43,418 nucleotides of DNA from Basidiobolus meristosporus CBS 931.73 (GCA_002104905.1 MCFE01000706.1:1-43418); one strand, 5' to 3'. Positions 1 to 13,500 are shown, counted from the first letter of the stretch. Notes: generated by a model from the sequence alone, not told the origin. Translations and numbers: made by a program.

Positions 1-39
1 CACATTTCTCTCAGTGAATGTCTTCTTGTATGAATACAC

Positions 40-930
40 TGTGCATTAATAGGGTCATGCTTAGGTATTTCACCTATCATCTGTTTTCTCCTTTGTATGA
101 CTTTTCTCTGTATTTATTGGCTATATGGTGATTCTCTTCAGATATCCAAATATATGCACTACCCACACTGTGGTTTGATTAAGTATCTCATTGTAGAGCA
201 TCTGCTTCCTGCTAAGTACACCCATTCCTTGACTTCCTAAAAATTGTAACATATCCTAATATCTGACAATTGTCTCTTATATGAGCTGAGTCTGCAATAT
301 ATTTCTCCCTCTACTGAATTTAGGATGATTCTCTAGCCAGATGCTTTGTGATGCCTACTTCCTGCAAATGGCCCACTAAACCAGATGGTGTTACCCTCAA
401 GGTCAAATAATGCTTGAAACTGCACATAGTATTCATTGTACCTGCCAGAACAAAAGTGCCTCTGCCCTCTAGGAGGTCCATTAATCCCACGTGGGAAGAT
501 ATCTAATATACTCCTGATATGGAACCTATTCCTGAGCACTTTGGAATATGGAAGCCTATTGGAGCTTCTGAACCTAGTATTCCAAGCATGCTCTAAGTCA
601 TTCATACCCTCTGCAAGGTGGTTCTCCATTGCTGTCAGATGTTAATGAAAGCTTCTAGAGCTTTTGTTGCCATGGGTGGTGGACAAAACCTTGTTGGCCA
701 ATAGTTCTTGTACTAGCACAGTAGCTTAACAAGGGATCTCCTTAAAGAGATTGGGGTTGATGGTCCACAGTACTTGGTATAGAGCACTTCTGATGTGTTA
801 AAAAGAAATCTAGTGCTGGTGATGGGATTGAAGTGAAAACACATCAATTTGTACCTGCATTTGCCATTACTCCTGACCATCATCAAGTTACTTCTGGTGA
901 AATGACTGATGATTACCCTCATCAAGTGCC
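40..930 (-). mobile_element. PIF/Harbinger-type DDE transposase (DDE_Tnp_4) remnant, degenerate
   Basis: Minus-strand translation across stops and frameshifts gives, in the expected order, FCSGRYNEYYVQFQALFDLEGNTIWFSGPFAGSRH (the YSG-K...G-I...SGP-PGS-HD motif), NIADSAH (the DSAY motif, ~283-295) and YNEILNQTTVWVVHIFGYLK (the FN..LS..R..VE..FG.LK motif, ~136-200). No TIRs found. Confidence 0.7.
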
Positions 931-1974
931 TCTATTACCAGAGCCTTTGGCAAGTAAAAGAACACATCAGCATGTGGTACTTTAGGCTGGTTCAGTAGCA
1001 TCATACATAGCAACTCAGCTCTGCCAAGATGCAGCATTGCACTCATTAACTAGGAGGCAAAATACTGATTACAAATACACAAGTAGCCAAGATAATAGTC
1101 AACAAGGAAGCAGTTCAGGTGAGATAAGTGAATCACTACCAAATGCTTCAGTAGTAACTGCTGTGAGGAAAAAACTTAGGAGAAGATGATGCAATTGCAT
1201 TGAGTTGCTATTATTTGTCATGATCCAAACACATTTTTTTGCAATCCAAGTTAAGCCATTCCAAATCATTGATCACTAAAATTTGATCCATGCAATACCA
1301 AGGTCATCTTGCATTTCAGACAGAACTTGATGAATAAGCACCCTGCATATATATACATCATCTGTAAAACTAGTGAAGCTATTTAATTTGTGCTGCTCCT
1401 ATTGAATTGGTTGTGTGCTTGCTATGACACCTTTTCCATTCACTAGGATCAGTGATTTACTTACTCAAAGGGTAAAATTAGATATTTGATGGCATATCAG
1501 GCAGCTTGTGTATTGATCAATGAGCCAACTGGGTGCTGACAGCTTCAGGATACTTTTGACTAATCAACCATTGACATACCATGCAAGTAAAGAGATGGTA
1601 AGCAAAATGATAAGTTTTAAATTAGTATATAGTGTGATATTCATTTATTTCCATTTACTTTAAAGAAACATATCCAAATACCAGATTTTACCTACCATAA
1701 TAGCGGCATCCAATTGGGCACTTGATGCAAACCTTACAATTGAGCATAATCATCTGTGACAACCTCATTGTGGCAGATTGTGCCACATAGTGCAAAATTG
1801 TCCAAGTGCAATTCTTTGTACTGGTAGCAACAGTTTCACATATATATAAGTCTGCAGGCAATTGCAGCAAACTTAGCAAGCTTTAAGCCATTGGCTAGAG
1901 TATAATTTAGTTGGAAACTAGATATACAAAAGACACTGAGTGTCTGTTGAAGCAAATGCTATCTACTGGGAGCA

Positions 1975-2340
1975 ATGCATTTGCTTTTCAACAATATCCC
2001 TATAATGCTGACCAAGCTGTGTATGGGGCATTTCAAGCCTTATGAGCACTGTAGGATTTTGGTGAAACTTGAAAGAACTGGCAAGATATTAAAGTGTATC
2101 AGCTTTTCTAAGTACTTCTTGCAGGCTTCGATTAATACTCATACACATATGCAACAATACAAATGCAAGAACTGGATGAACCAGAGAAGTATTGATTCAA
2201 GTGGCCTTCTGAAGCCATTCCTACCAAGAGAACATTGGAAGCATTGGGAGCTATATGTGGACCTTGTAGGAGTAATACCAAGAAGCCAATCACCAGTGAC
2301 AACTTGGCACATGCACAGTTGTTGTGCAAGGAATTAGTAA
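1975..2340 (+). mobile_element. Ty3/gypsy integrase fragment (zinc-binding region and start of the core)
   Basis: ORF 1975-2337 reads CMGHFKPY...CISFSKYF...QQYKCK...GLLKPFLPREHWKHWELYVDLVGVIPRS, matching the H-G..KT....YW...C..CQ..K...G.L.P.P...W....DxVG.LP.S pattern. Confidence 0.6.
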
Positions 2341-2499
2341 CAGAATTGGTGCAACTACACCACAAACATATATCTGAATGCGTAGATCACTGCTGCTAAT
2401 GTATCCACTCTCTACTCCGTCTTGCTTGATGTGTGGAGAATACTGCACCTTACTTCACCTTTTGGAAGTTCCTTATGTAGCAGATGTGTGGGGAGGTAG

Positions 2500-3446
2500 G
2501 ATGACAAGTTAACTTGCAGGGACTACCATATTCTGATCTCATCAAGAAAATTGCCTTCAAATTCATTATGGCTGTGATGAGTTGGCCCATAGGTAACAGC
2601 CAGGAAGAATTGGAAAATACTGAGTCCAGATTAGCAAATAGGGACTCCTATGTCTATGACATTAAAAAGCTAAGTAGCCATAATGTATGGTTAGTCAGCT
2701 AAGTAATGCATAGTTGGGTTGGGTGCAACAAGCAACTGATTTTTGTTAGAACAACTTTACCAAAGTATGCTGGGTTTGTCTTGGTCACAAGCCAAGGTTA
2801 TTATTGCTCAATACAGTGATTCACACAACAAGAGTTAGAGCAACCTATAAGGGGCACTAGAATCCAGCTGGGAGAAGGAAAATATTGGCCAAATGATACT
2901 TAAAATTCTTGGCAGATATTCAAGAGGTATTCCTGGCAAAAGTGCCAGCAACCTAGCGTATGTTTGTAAGATGTATATGCTACCAGTAATACAAGATATG
3001 GCAACTTTACTAGTATTATACTGAATGGCTGTATGGTTGAGGAGATAGAAGTGTATCAATTGTGGCAGATGTTTATGTATGTAGAGATTAGTAAGTAGGA
3101 GGCCATAGTTTTCTTGATTTGAACCATACTCAGAATACGCAGGTAGTAGTGAGTAGGTAAATAACAGGGGTGATTCTGCACTAGGTATAGAAATTGCGCA
3201 AGGGGAGGTAGAAAAAGGAAAAACCATTTGGTAAATTGGTACAGAGACATTATTTAGAACTTGCGGCAGGCTGCCCTACTGCTATTATATTGCCATTAGC
3301 AGCTCACAATAAGGCTGTCAAGCACTATCAAGTTTCTATTCATATAAGATAATTGGATTTACCACAGGTTAGATCTGCTCAAGCAGATGTAGAGCTCTGT
3401 CAGACACAATGCCATGCAACACTTGTCAAACAACAGCCTAAGCACC
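2500..3446 (+). mobile_element. Non-LTR retrotransposon (L1/Tx1-like) ORF2 3' fragment, copy A
   Basis: Alignable by eye to the reverse complement of ~9690-10580 (for example the shared peptide NYGLLLTNL in the antisense ORFs). It ends in TMPCNTCQ, a zf-RVT-like C..C, where the copia LTR begins. Confidence 0.55.
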
Positions 3447-6400
3447 TATAGAAATGCTGGACTATATGTTATCTTCAGCAGTTAAAAATCTACTTAACAA
3501 TTCTAGACTAGTTGTAATCATTTGGGACTAACTGACGGCTCTAAGTTTGCCACTTTTTTCAGATCTATGATCCTATGATTATTCCTATCTAGCCAAGGTC
3601 AAATTAACACTTTTACCAAACATTATGTACTAACAATGATACTTTTACAAATTGCTGCTGAATGTGAGAAGCCCTCCTTACTTAGTGTTACAGCTGTAGT
3701 ACTACTACAAAGGCATAAATACTGAGCTTCTTTTAAACCAGCAACAGTTAAGCTATTATCACTATTTCTTGGTAGGCGTCTTATTTCCAAATCACTTCTT
3801 AAATTGCAGCAGATTATGAGCCCCAATTGCCTCAATATACTCTCAAGATGACTTCTACCAGCAATCAGAATAAAATAACCATCTTCCCTGTAAAGTTGAG
3901 GTTTGATGGGAAGAACTACAGACCTTGGAGATACAAGATATCATCCTACCTTGAGAAAAGAAAGCCTCGGAATATAGTTACAGGAAAAGAAGTTGAGCCT
4001 AAAGGAACAGCAGAAGAAGTGGAGAAGTTTCAAGAGAAGGATAGAAAGGCCTTCAATGCCAATGCATCAATGTGCAAGAATACTTTATTGGACAAATCCA
4101 TTCTTCAAATACTGCCACAGCAGCTTTAGAATATTTGAGAAGATCTTTAGAGCAAAGTCGGTACCAAGCAAGCTTTATTTAAAGCAAAAGTTCCTCAGCA
4201 TGAGGAAGAAGCCAGATGATGACACACTACAACTTATTATCAGAATGGAGAGACTCACAGACAAACTTCACTGCATTAATGCCAGTGGATATGATGAAGA
4301 ACAGATACACCATCTGCTTTGCTGCCTACCAGACAAGTATGAGCAGCTCTTACTTTTTTTTGAAAGCAGGGAAGAGCATCTGACTTTAGACTGTGTCAAA
4401 GGAAGACTTCTTCATGAAAAACTCTGATATATTGATCAAGCAGACAAGATGAAGACAATGCTTTTTTCAGCTTAGAAAGGCACACAGAAGCCAAGGGAAA
4501 GCAACAAAACCGAAGAAAACCTGGCTCTTTTATCTACTGTTAGAACCAGGACACTGGATAAGAGAATGCAAGAAGAAACAAGTAGATAAACAACAGAAAC
4601 TGGAGCAGGTAAACCATATAACTTCTGATGAGCAGTAACTCATAATGTACAAGCAAGTGCAAGTAACCAAAAAATAAATGGTTTATCAACTCTGGAGCAT
4701 CACAGCAAATTTGTGGTATTAAGGAATGGTTCAGCAACTTAAAGACTGTTTGCATAAGAAAGTTTTATCCAGGAGACAACTCTCCACTGTAAGCTACCAC
4801 CAATGGGTCTATACTGCTAAATATGAGTGATATCTCAGGGGCTACAAGAGCAAAACTAACTGACGTACTCTAGGTACTTGGAATAGCTAAGAACCTACTC
4901 TCAGTCAGTAAAGCTGCTCAGGGACTGAAATTAGCTTTTACTGATCTGAGCTGCTTAATCCTGAGTGAAAATGGACAAGAAATGGCTTTGGGAATCAAAG
5001 ACCACAATATTAAGAAGTTACAATGCAAAATCTTTGTTCTTGAGTGTGGCAAAATTGCAGAGACTGAGGAAACTAACTGGGAGACATGGCATAGGAGGCA
5101 ACAACACATTGCGGAACAGAAAATGAGCTAGATGGGGAAGAATCAACATGTTTTGAGCCTGTACTGGTCAATTCAATCAAGTTGAGTGATTGAAAGGGAT
5201 GTTCATGTGGTAAATAAGCTAGGCAATGCTTCAGGAACTCAGGAGGCATCCACACAAGCAGGATAATGGCTATTATACACTCAAACATAAGTGGGCCAAT
5301 GAGAACACTGTTCTTTGGAGCCAAGAGATACTCTATGTTCTTTATTGATGACAAGACAAGATTTATATGGGTGTACTTCTTCAAAACAAAGTATCAGGCT
5401 TTAGAGATGCTTAGGCACTTCAAGATCATGGCTGAGGCACCAACTGGGAGTAAATTGAAGGTACTACAAAGTGATAATGGAGGGAAACACTGCACAAAGG
5501 GGTTTGCAAAATACTGCTCACCAACTGGTCTACTTCAGCAGACCACTGTTACACATACTCCACTGCATAATGGAGTAGCAGTATGTGCAAGTAGTACAAT
5601 AGCAGAGTTGGGAAGATATAAGCTATATGATTAGGGAATGAACTAAAGGTTTTGGGCTGAATCTGTTGCTACCACTGCTTACAGTAAGAATAGTTGCCCA
5701 ACAACATCACTATGTGAATCCACAATCTTTGAGGCGAATGCAGGCAAAATAGCTAGACCTCCAACATCTCAGGATCTTTGGCAGTGATGTTTTTTACACA
5801 TCCCTGAAAGAAAAGCTCTCAGAGTTGGAACCAAAGAGTAGAAAAGATATCTTTCTGGGGTTTGGTGACAATATTGAAGGGTATAGAGTGTATGATGACC
5901 AAAGTCAGAAGCTGATCAAGAGCAGGGATATTGTATTTGAGGAAAATTTAGATCAGAAAGCCATTGAAATCATTGTCCAGCTACCTGATGATGTAATCAA
6001 TATTAATGAATAAGATATATATCTAACTCAGCCAGATGCAGAAAATAATTCTACCACTTTCAGATCTGAGCAGATCATCATTGTTGGGAGATCTACCAGA
6101 ATAAAAAGTGCCCATTGACTTTTGTGGCAGACATCCAATGATCATGAAGAGGCTTATCTTGCCTTGTGTGCTAAACCTCAGAATCTGGATCAGGCAATGC
6201 AAAGTCCAGATGCTATTATGTGTCAATAAGCCATGCAGGAGGAGTACCAAACACTGATCAAGGTAAATAAGGGAACTAGTATATATACCCCATGTGAGAA
6301 AGCCAATAGGTTTTAGATTGGTCTACAAGACCAGGATAACCTCAAATGGTAATGCTGATTAGTACAAGGCTAGATTGGTGGCTAAAGGCTATTTTGAGAT

Positions 6401-7915
6401 CCAGGGACTAGACTTTGAGGATATCTTGCTCTGGTTGCCAAGTTTAACTCTATTAGGATAGTTCTAGCCCTGGCAGCTGTACATAGTCTAGATCTACATC
6501 AAATTACCATCAAAACAGCTTTTCTCAATGCAGATTTGCAAGAAACTATATATGTGGAGCAAACAAATGATTTTATCAATTCAAAAGGCGCCCATAAGGT
6601 GTGCAGACTCAGGTAATTGCTGTATGGGCTCAAGCAAGCACCTGGAGTATGACATAACAAGATTGATACATATCTAGAGGAAATTGGGTTCATTTGTAGC
6701 ACTACAGATTACAGTTTGTAAGTGAAACAGCTCAAAGAGGGTATAATCATTCTAAGTCTTTAAGTAGACAACCCAACAATAGCTACAAGTAATCAGGAGG
6801 CACTTAAACAAGCAAATTGGATCTCTTCCAAAAGCTTGAGATGCAAGATCTTGGAAACTTGAGCTATTTTCTAGGAATTCTAGTCAAACATGGCATAACT
6901 ATGCAAAACACTATACCAAATCAGTCCTGGCACTTCAGGAACACTCTTATATGCTTCAAAGTGGAGAATTTCAAACCTGCAGTTACCTCTATGGACAATA
7001 ACTTGAAATTGAGCAAAACCCAACCAATTTTAGTTAAAAACAGCTCAAATATGGTACAAGACATTCCCTATAAATTGATGGTTGTTACCCTGATATACCT
7101 GATGGTGTCTACATGTCCACATAGTTCAGTAGCAGTTGGAATAGTCTGTTAATTCTTGCAGAATTATGGATCATTTCAAATTAGAGCTGCTTGATGGATT
7201 GTTGGATATATCAAATTATTTCTGCATCACTCTTTTGACTGCTTCATCATCACCCATTCAGATTCAACTTAATACATCTAAATCTGTCTGATAATGGTCT
7301 GCTGATTCAATTGCTGACTGAAGCTATTGATTTGATAGATAATACTGATAAACTCTAAGGGTACCAAAGTTATTTAAAGACTTAGTTGTTATATCAGATG
7401 AACCAACATGAATTTACAAAGATAATCCAAGATGTATGTCATTAGCTAGAAATCCTACTAATAATGCCAGAATTAGGAACATATATTCCCAATACCTCAT
7501 GTTGATGGTAGCTGCATAAAATAATTTGGTAGTGTTAGTTTACTGCCCAAAAGACAAAATGGCAGTATATACACTAACAAAGCCACCAGCTAGGCCACAT
7601 TTCAGGTATCTCAGAGAGGAACTAGGATTAAGATATTATTTAGTTGAGGGGGAGTTTTGAAATATCAGACAATTTGGTATTATTCAGCAGCTAAAAACTT
7701 AACAATTCTGCACTAGTCTTGGTCACTATAGGACTAGTCTACAGCCCTAACTTTGCCTTTATCTTTCAGATCTATGATCCCATGATTATTTTACTATGTT
7801 CAAGATCAAGTTAGCACTTTTACTCACCATTATGTACTAACCCTGACACTACTACAAAATACTCTTGAATGTTGAGAAACTCTCTTTACTTAGTTTTACA
7901 GCTGTATTACTCCGC
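3447..7915 (+). mobile_element. Degenerate Ty1/copia LTR retrotransposon, family B (here called C4)
   Basis: 5' LTR ~3447-3811 is alignable to the truncated 3' LTR ~7656-7915. PBS GATTATGAGCCC at 3812-3823; PPT GAGGGGGAG at ~7646-7654. Gag (FDGKNYRPWRYKI; LYLKQKFLSM), protease (WFINSGASQ), integrase (DDKTRFIWVYF; QSDNGG; HNGVA), RT remnants and a partial RNase H, in copia order PR-IN-RT-RH, with many stops and frameshifts. Confidence 0.9.
7216..7358 (-). repeat. Internal ~143-bp fragment of the gypsy G1-family LTR inserted into the C4 RT/RNase H junction
   Basis: The reverse complement (TTAGAGTTTATCAGTATTATCTATCAAATCA...GGGTGATGATGAAGCA) aligns to ~10653-10790 of the G1 LTR. The flanks rejoin as YIK|GTK of the copia protein. 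Confidence 0.7.
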
Positions 7916-7919
7916 AGCA

Positions 7920-9670
7920 TTGTGTTCTTATTCATCACAGTGACTCAATTCTAGGCTCTGTGGTCAATACAGATCCCAAATGTTCCATCCTTCTTCTTTA
8001 CAAGTGGCTCTAGTGGTCCCTACATTGAGTTGCCAGGTCTGATTTATCCTTACTCCAATAACTGATCAATTTGTTTCTCAATATCTTCCAGTTCCAATGA
8101 ATTCAAATATAATGAATAAGCTATGAGAGACATCAGGGTATATCTTGTCAACACTCTGTATGCACTGTAACTTGCTAAGTTGACTTGTGTCACACACACA
8201 GGAGTAGGTCAAGTCAGAATGCAGTCTGGTAGGTCAGTGCTCATAAGTCTCAAAGTCCCTTGGGTTCTTATAGTATGGGTTCTTCAGTTAATAGATGGAT
8301 TACAGAAAAGTAACTTGGTCTGTTCAGATACATAGTTAAACTTAAAACTTACATATACTTAGGCATGTAGGTCTGCTTCATGGCTGTTATTCATTGTTCC
8401 TGCTGGCTAAGTAATTAAGCTGATTAGGTGAGAATTCTATTAGCAGTCAAAGCTGAGGTTAATGTTGTTATGATCTACTGCTTGAGCATTTAAGCAACAT
8501 CAGTTTTTAGTCAATTTATTTAGTTTTATGCTTAGCTATCAGCATATCTGTGTTAGCTTTGAAATCAGTCATATCAGGTGCAGGTGAATCAGCAGATCCT
8601 TATCATACAGAAAAAGGTATTTCAATTAGAACTTAATGGAGTAATGATAATGCAATCAAATGAGTCATCAGCTACTACCTATATTAGGTAATACAATTAG
8701 TCCACAATTGATCTGGCAAGATATATAAGGGCCTGCTGGAACCTTGATAAAGAACAGAACAAGTTTTAGTGAATTCAATACTAGTTAAACTCCCTATTGC
8801 TCTACAACTTCTTCATTCAGACTTCTGATAATATGATGGATATTCATATAATTCCAGCTTTAGGGGCAAACTGGACTGACATGAACTTATGTGATGCTTG
8901 TGAATCAGTGATAATCTTTGCAGGAAATGCACTTATTCCTCCATTCAACTATAATAGCTTCCACATATTTGAGGCATTTTGGCAAAAGTTTTTGGCTGTT
9001 GTATTCTAAGTGAGTTCCAACTCTTCTTCAATATCCTCTTCATGTTACTAAGCTCAAGGGCTTCAATGTGGCCAACAAATCTGCTGGCTAGAGTGCATCT
9101 CTTCTCTGAGGGCAGTTCTATGAGAAATGCTTTGGTGGTAGTAATTAAACAAAATCCTGTATTCTTACATTGTTTTGAGGTGGAATTCTTTTTCATAGCA
9201 TCTATTTCCATTGGAACTGCTCCTGATTGTCTGCTTTCATATTTATTAACGCCTTTCTGATTAGTCATCATAGGCTTTCCAACTCCAAGCCTGGCTTATT
9301 TATAGTCAATAGCAATCTTGATGGCATCACAAATAGTCTGAGGCCTTATATAGCACACTTCCTTGAAAATTTTGACCTTCTGCCCATTGTTGTGTATTAA
9401 ATATGATCAAGGGGCACCATTCTTTCAACTTGCTGAAATAGGCATTTATAATCATATGTAATTCTTCAGCCATTCCTTGCTCTCTGAGTGTATTTAGTTG
9501 CCAGCTTAGTAGGGTCCTCTGATGTGGAGGTTCAAAACATCCTGAGTTTCTGGCACAAACTCATCCTAAGAAGAGATAGTAGAGCATTGCATTATGGAGG
9601 CTCACCTGATCTTGCAGTAGTAACACTATAAAAGAGTATTTACCAGGTAAGCCATCAGGAACCTGTTTGG
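7920..9670 (-). mobile_element. Truncated Ty3/gypsy element (G2): gag C-terminal half, protease and RT N-terminus; related to G1
   Basis: Gag peptide MMTNQKGVNKYESRQSGAVPMEIDA resembles G1 TMTNQSGNNLYERRQSEAAPKEIEA. Protease AKIITDSQASHKFMS resembles AKIMIDSGALHESIS. RT start IRPGNS..PLVKKKDGTFGICIDHRA at ~7935-8050. Confidence 0.85.
8466..8830 (+). repeat. G1-family gypsy LTR inserted (antisense to the host) into the G2 protease; right boundary uncertain (8806-8830)
   Basis: Starts TGTTATGATCTACTGCTTGA (compare 15101 TGTCATGATCTACTGCTTGA) and aligns to 10581-10923. The host protease translation resumes on both sides. Confidence 0.8.
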
Positions 9671-9689
9671 AGAATATTATAATACCAGT

Positions 9690-10580
9690 AACTTGGAATT
9701 AGTGACCCTCTTAACAATCTTGCAATGGGATCACAATGGCATTTAGCTAATTTTACTGCCAAATAAAGTTACACAACTTGACAGGGGTTGATTGGTGCTG
9801 TAGCAATAATTGCATGGCATTGTTGCGGTCTTGATACACTCTACAACAATTTTAAATGGATCTAACCAGCCAGTACATCCAATTGCCTTATATGGTAAAA
9901 GCTTGATGGTGTTTTGACAGCTTCTTTGCAAGTCTCTGATGGCCTTATTATAGCAGTATGGTGGCCTACATCAAGTTCTGTGTAAAGTATTTCCTTTTTC
10001 TACCTTGCCTTGTGCAGTTCATATTCTACTGTAGATTCACCCATTTTTATTTGTTCACCCACTGCTACCTTGGGTATTCCACATATAGTCAAATCAAAAA
10101 AAATTATGGCCTCCTGCTTACCAATCTCCACAAATGTGCACACCTGCCACCAGTAGAATACTTTTACTACCATAACTTTATGGATTTTTAGTGTGATACT
10201 TGCAGAGTTGCCACTTACCTTGTATTGCTGGTAACATAAACATCTTGCCAACACATGCTTGGCTGCCTCCACTTCTGCCATAAATACCTCCTGAATATCC
10301 GCAAAGAGCTTATCAATATTTAGCCACTATACTTCTTCTTCCTGCTGGATTCTAGTCCCCCTGATAGGTGTGCTCTGGCTTGTGTTTGTGTAAGTTCTTT
10401 ATTGAATGATGTAGAGGTTGACTTGTGACCAAGAGAAACCCAGCATGCTTGGTAGAACTTTCCTGATAAAAATTAGCTGCTTGTTGCACCCACCCAACCT
10501 TGCATTACATTACTGATTACCCATGCATTGGGGCTGCTGAGCTTGTTAATTCCATAGGCATAAGTGTCTCTATATGCAGA
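9690..10580 (-). mobile_element. Non-LTR retrotransposon (L1/Tx1-like) ORF2 3' fragment, copy B
   Basis: Minus-strand peptides LGGCNKQLIFIRKVLPSML...IDKLF/RRYLWQKWRQPSMCWQDV match the L1-clade LS.GGR..LI.SVL.S......ID+..RRFLW.....VAW..VC motif. PCNYC...FIWQ downstream resembles zf-RVT. Confidence 0.65.
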
Positions 10581-13500
10581 TGTTCTGATCTCTGCATGAA
10601 TGTGCATGTTAGATTAGTTTTTAATCCAATCATTATATTTATGTTTGGCCCATTAGTATATCAGTGTTATCTATCAGATCAGTAATATTGGTCAGCAGAT
10701 GAATTGGCAGATCCCTATCATACAGAAATAGATATATCAAGTACAATCTAATTGGGTGATGATGAAGCAAGCAAATGAGTCATCAGCCACATCCTACATT
10801 AGGAAATACAATTAGTCAGCAATTACTCTGGCAGAGTGTATATAGGGAGCTGCTGGAACCTCAATAAACATGAGTTCAAGTTTTAGTGGGTAAAATACTA
10901 GCTAAACTCCCTATCCCACTACAACTCTTATACCAAGACTTGCAAAATTGTTAGCAGCAGCAACTTGAAACCTCCCCCCTGATGAAAGAAGAAGCCCCCC
11001 TCAAGATGTCAGAAAATCAAGAATGGAAGAATGCTCTGCAGTAAGTCCTGGCCAAACAGCAACAGTTACTCCAGATCCTTAGCCAGCAGCAACAAGGAAT
11101 GACTACAATATCACAGAACCAGTAAAACCCTGTTAAGGTCAACTGGTACCATAATAGAGTCGATGAAAACCTTGGACCTTTGCTCTTCCAGATTGAGGAA
11201 GCTTTCAAGGCTAAGGGAATTGCTCCAGAAAGCAAGTTGCATTATGCAGCTTCTTAGCAAATGCAGCTTTATAGTGCTACCACAACAAGATCCAGTTAGC
11301 CACTATGATAGGATGCTCTACAATCTCCACCTGGGAGGAGTTTGGGTCACAAGTTCAGGATGCTTTTAAACCCCCACACCAGCAGACACTATAGACAAAG
11401 AGGCTAAAGACACTGAGACAGAAAGGCATGGTTCAAGAACACATCCATGAGTATAGATGTCTGCCTGGACAAATTGAACAAACAGACCCCCTGGATCAAG
11501 TGAAATACTTTATTGATAGGTTGAAGGAAAGAATGTTCATGGAAGTGAATTGTTGGAGACCTCAGATCATTGAAGCAGCTATAAAGATTGCCATGGACTA
11601 TGACTCAGATATGTTTCAAGTTGGGAAGCCCACAATGACTAATCAGAGTGGCAACAATCTCTATGAAAGAAGACAATCAGAAGCAGCACCAAAGGAAATA
11701 GAGGCTGTGTAGAAGATTCCTACTCCAGAAAAATGTAAGCAGAAAGGACTTTGCTTTAATTGCCATCAACAAGGACGTATTGCAAAATACTGCCCTCAGA
11801 GAAGAAATGGACACCAGTCATTAAGAACCTTCATCCATATTGAAGCCCTTGAGCATAGTAACATGGAGGAAGCACTTGAAGAAGACCCATAACTCACCTT
11901 CCATATGACCAAAGAATACCTCAAATGACCTCACACTTAGGAAAGCTATTATACTTGAATGGAGTAATCAATGGAGTATCTGCCAAAATCATGATTGACT
12001 CAGGAGCATTGCATGAGAGCATATCAGAGCAATTTGCTTTGAAAGCTGGAATCAACCTGGTACCCACTAAATCAACTTCAGTCTCAACAGCAGATGGGAA
12101 CTCTTACATAATCACTTGTACTAGTTGGCCAGTAAGAATGAAGATCAATGTCTATGAAGAAGATCTACTGGCCTTGATATTTGGGAACTGTGAATCTGGC
12201 CTTGAGCTTGGAAAAACCTGGCTATTTTGTTGTAATCTATCAATCAACTAAAGAACCCATGCTACTCAAATCCTGAAGGACAACACAACCTATGAGCTAT
12301 TACCCACCAGTCTGGATTTTAACTTGGTCAATTCTAGTGTAAGTGAAACAAATGAACTTAGCAGGACACAGTTCTGTAGAGCACTTAGACAAGTACTCAG
12401 ATGTTCCTCATGCTGATATTACAGGAGGACTCCTCTACTGTAGCACCCAATAAGGTTCAGACTCTTTTGAAGGAATATTCAGTTGTTTTTCCAGATGAAT
12501 TTGTTAGCCTACCTCCAGCCAGAGACATGGATCATGCCATTGACACAGGAAACAGCCCCCCAGTGAGTAAGACACCTTACAGAATGAGTCCATTGGAGTA
12601 GGAAGAGATCAAGAGACAAGCAGATCAACTATTAGAGCAACAATATATCAGACCCTGCAAGTCACCTTAAAGAGCACCAGTACTTTTTGTGGAAAAAAAG
12701 GATGGAACACATGGGATGTGCATTGACTACAGAGCCTTCAACTCAGTAACTTACCTTAGATTGTTGAGCTTTTGGACCAACCCAATGGAGCCACCATATT
12801 CAGCAAGATTGACCTTATGTCAGGATACAACCAGATTAGGGTGAGTCCAGAAGACATCCCTAAAAAAGCATTCAGGACCGGATGTGGATATTACAAGTAC
12901 TTAGTCATGAGTTTTGGCCTTACTGATGCCCCAGCAACATTCATGACCTTGATGTAAACAGTCTTCCAGGAATACTTAGACAAGTTTATGGTAAACCACC
13001 TGGATGACATTGATATAAAGAAAAAGAGAAGAGGACCACTTGGTGCATGTTGAGAAGATCTTCAAGGAGCCAAGAAAGAACAAGCTGCACAGCAAGCTAG
13101 CAAAGTGTGAATTCTTGAAGGAACATGTTGAATACCTGGGACACATAGTGACTAGCACAGGAGTGACCTCAGACCCCAAGCAAGTTGAAGTCATCAAGAA
13201 TCTGAAGCAGCATGAAAGCATATCAGAACTCAGATCATTTCTTGCAGTGGTTTCCTATTATTGGAAATTTGTCAATTACTTTGCAAGTATTGCAGCCCCT
13301 TGAACTGATATTCCCAAGAAAGACAACCCTATGAGGTGGGATGTGACCTGTGAGGCTGCATTTGAGATACTCAAGAATGAACTTCCTGAGCTGCAAAGCA
13401 TAAGAATCCCAGACTTCAGAAGAGAGTTTACTCTGTTCACAGATGCTTCAGACTATGCAATCAGTGGTGTACTGAGCCAAGAGCATGAGGAAAAGGACTA

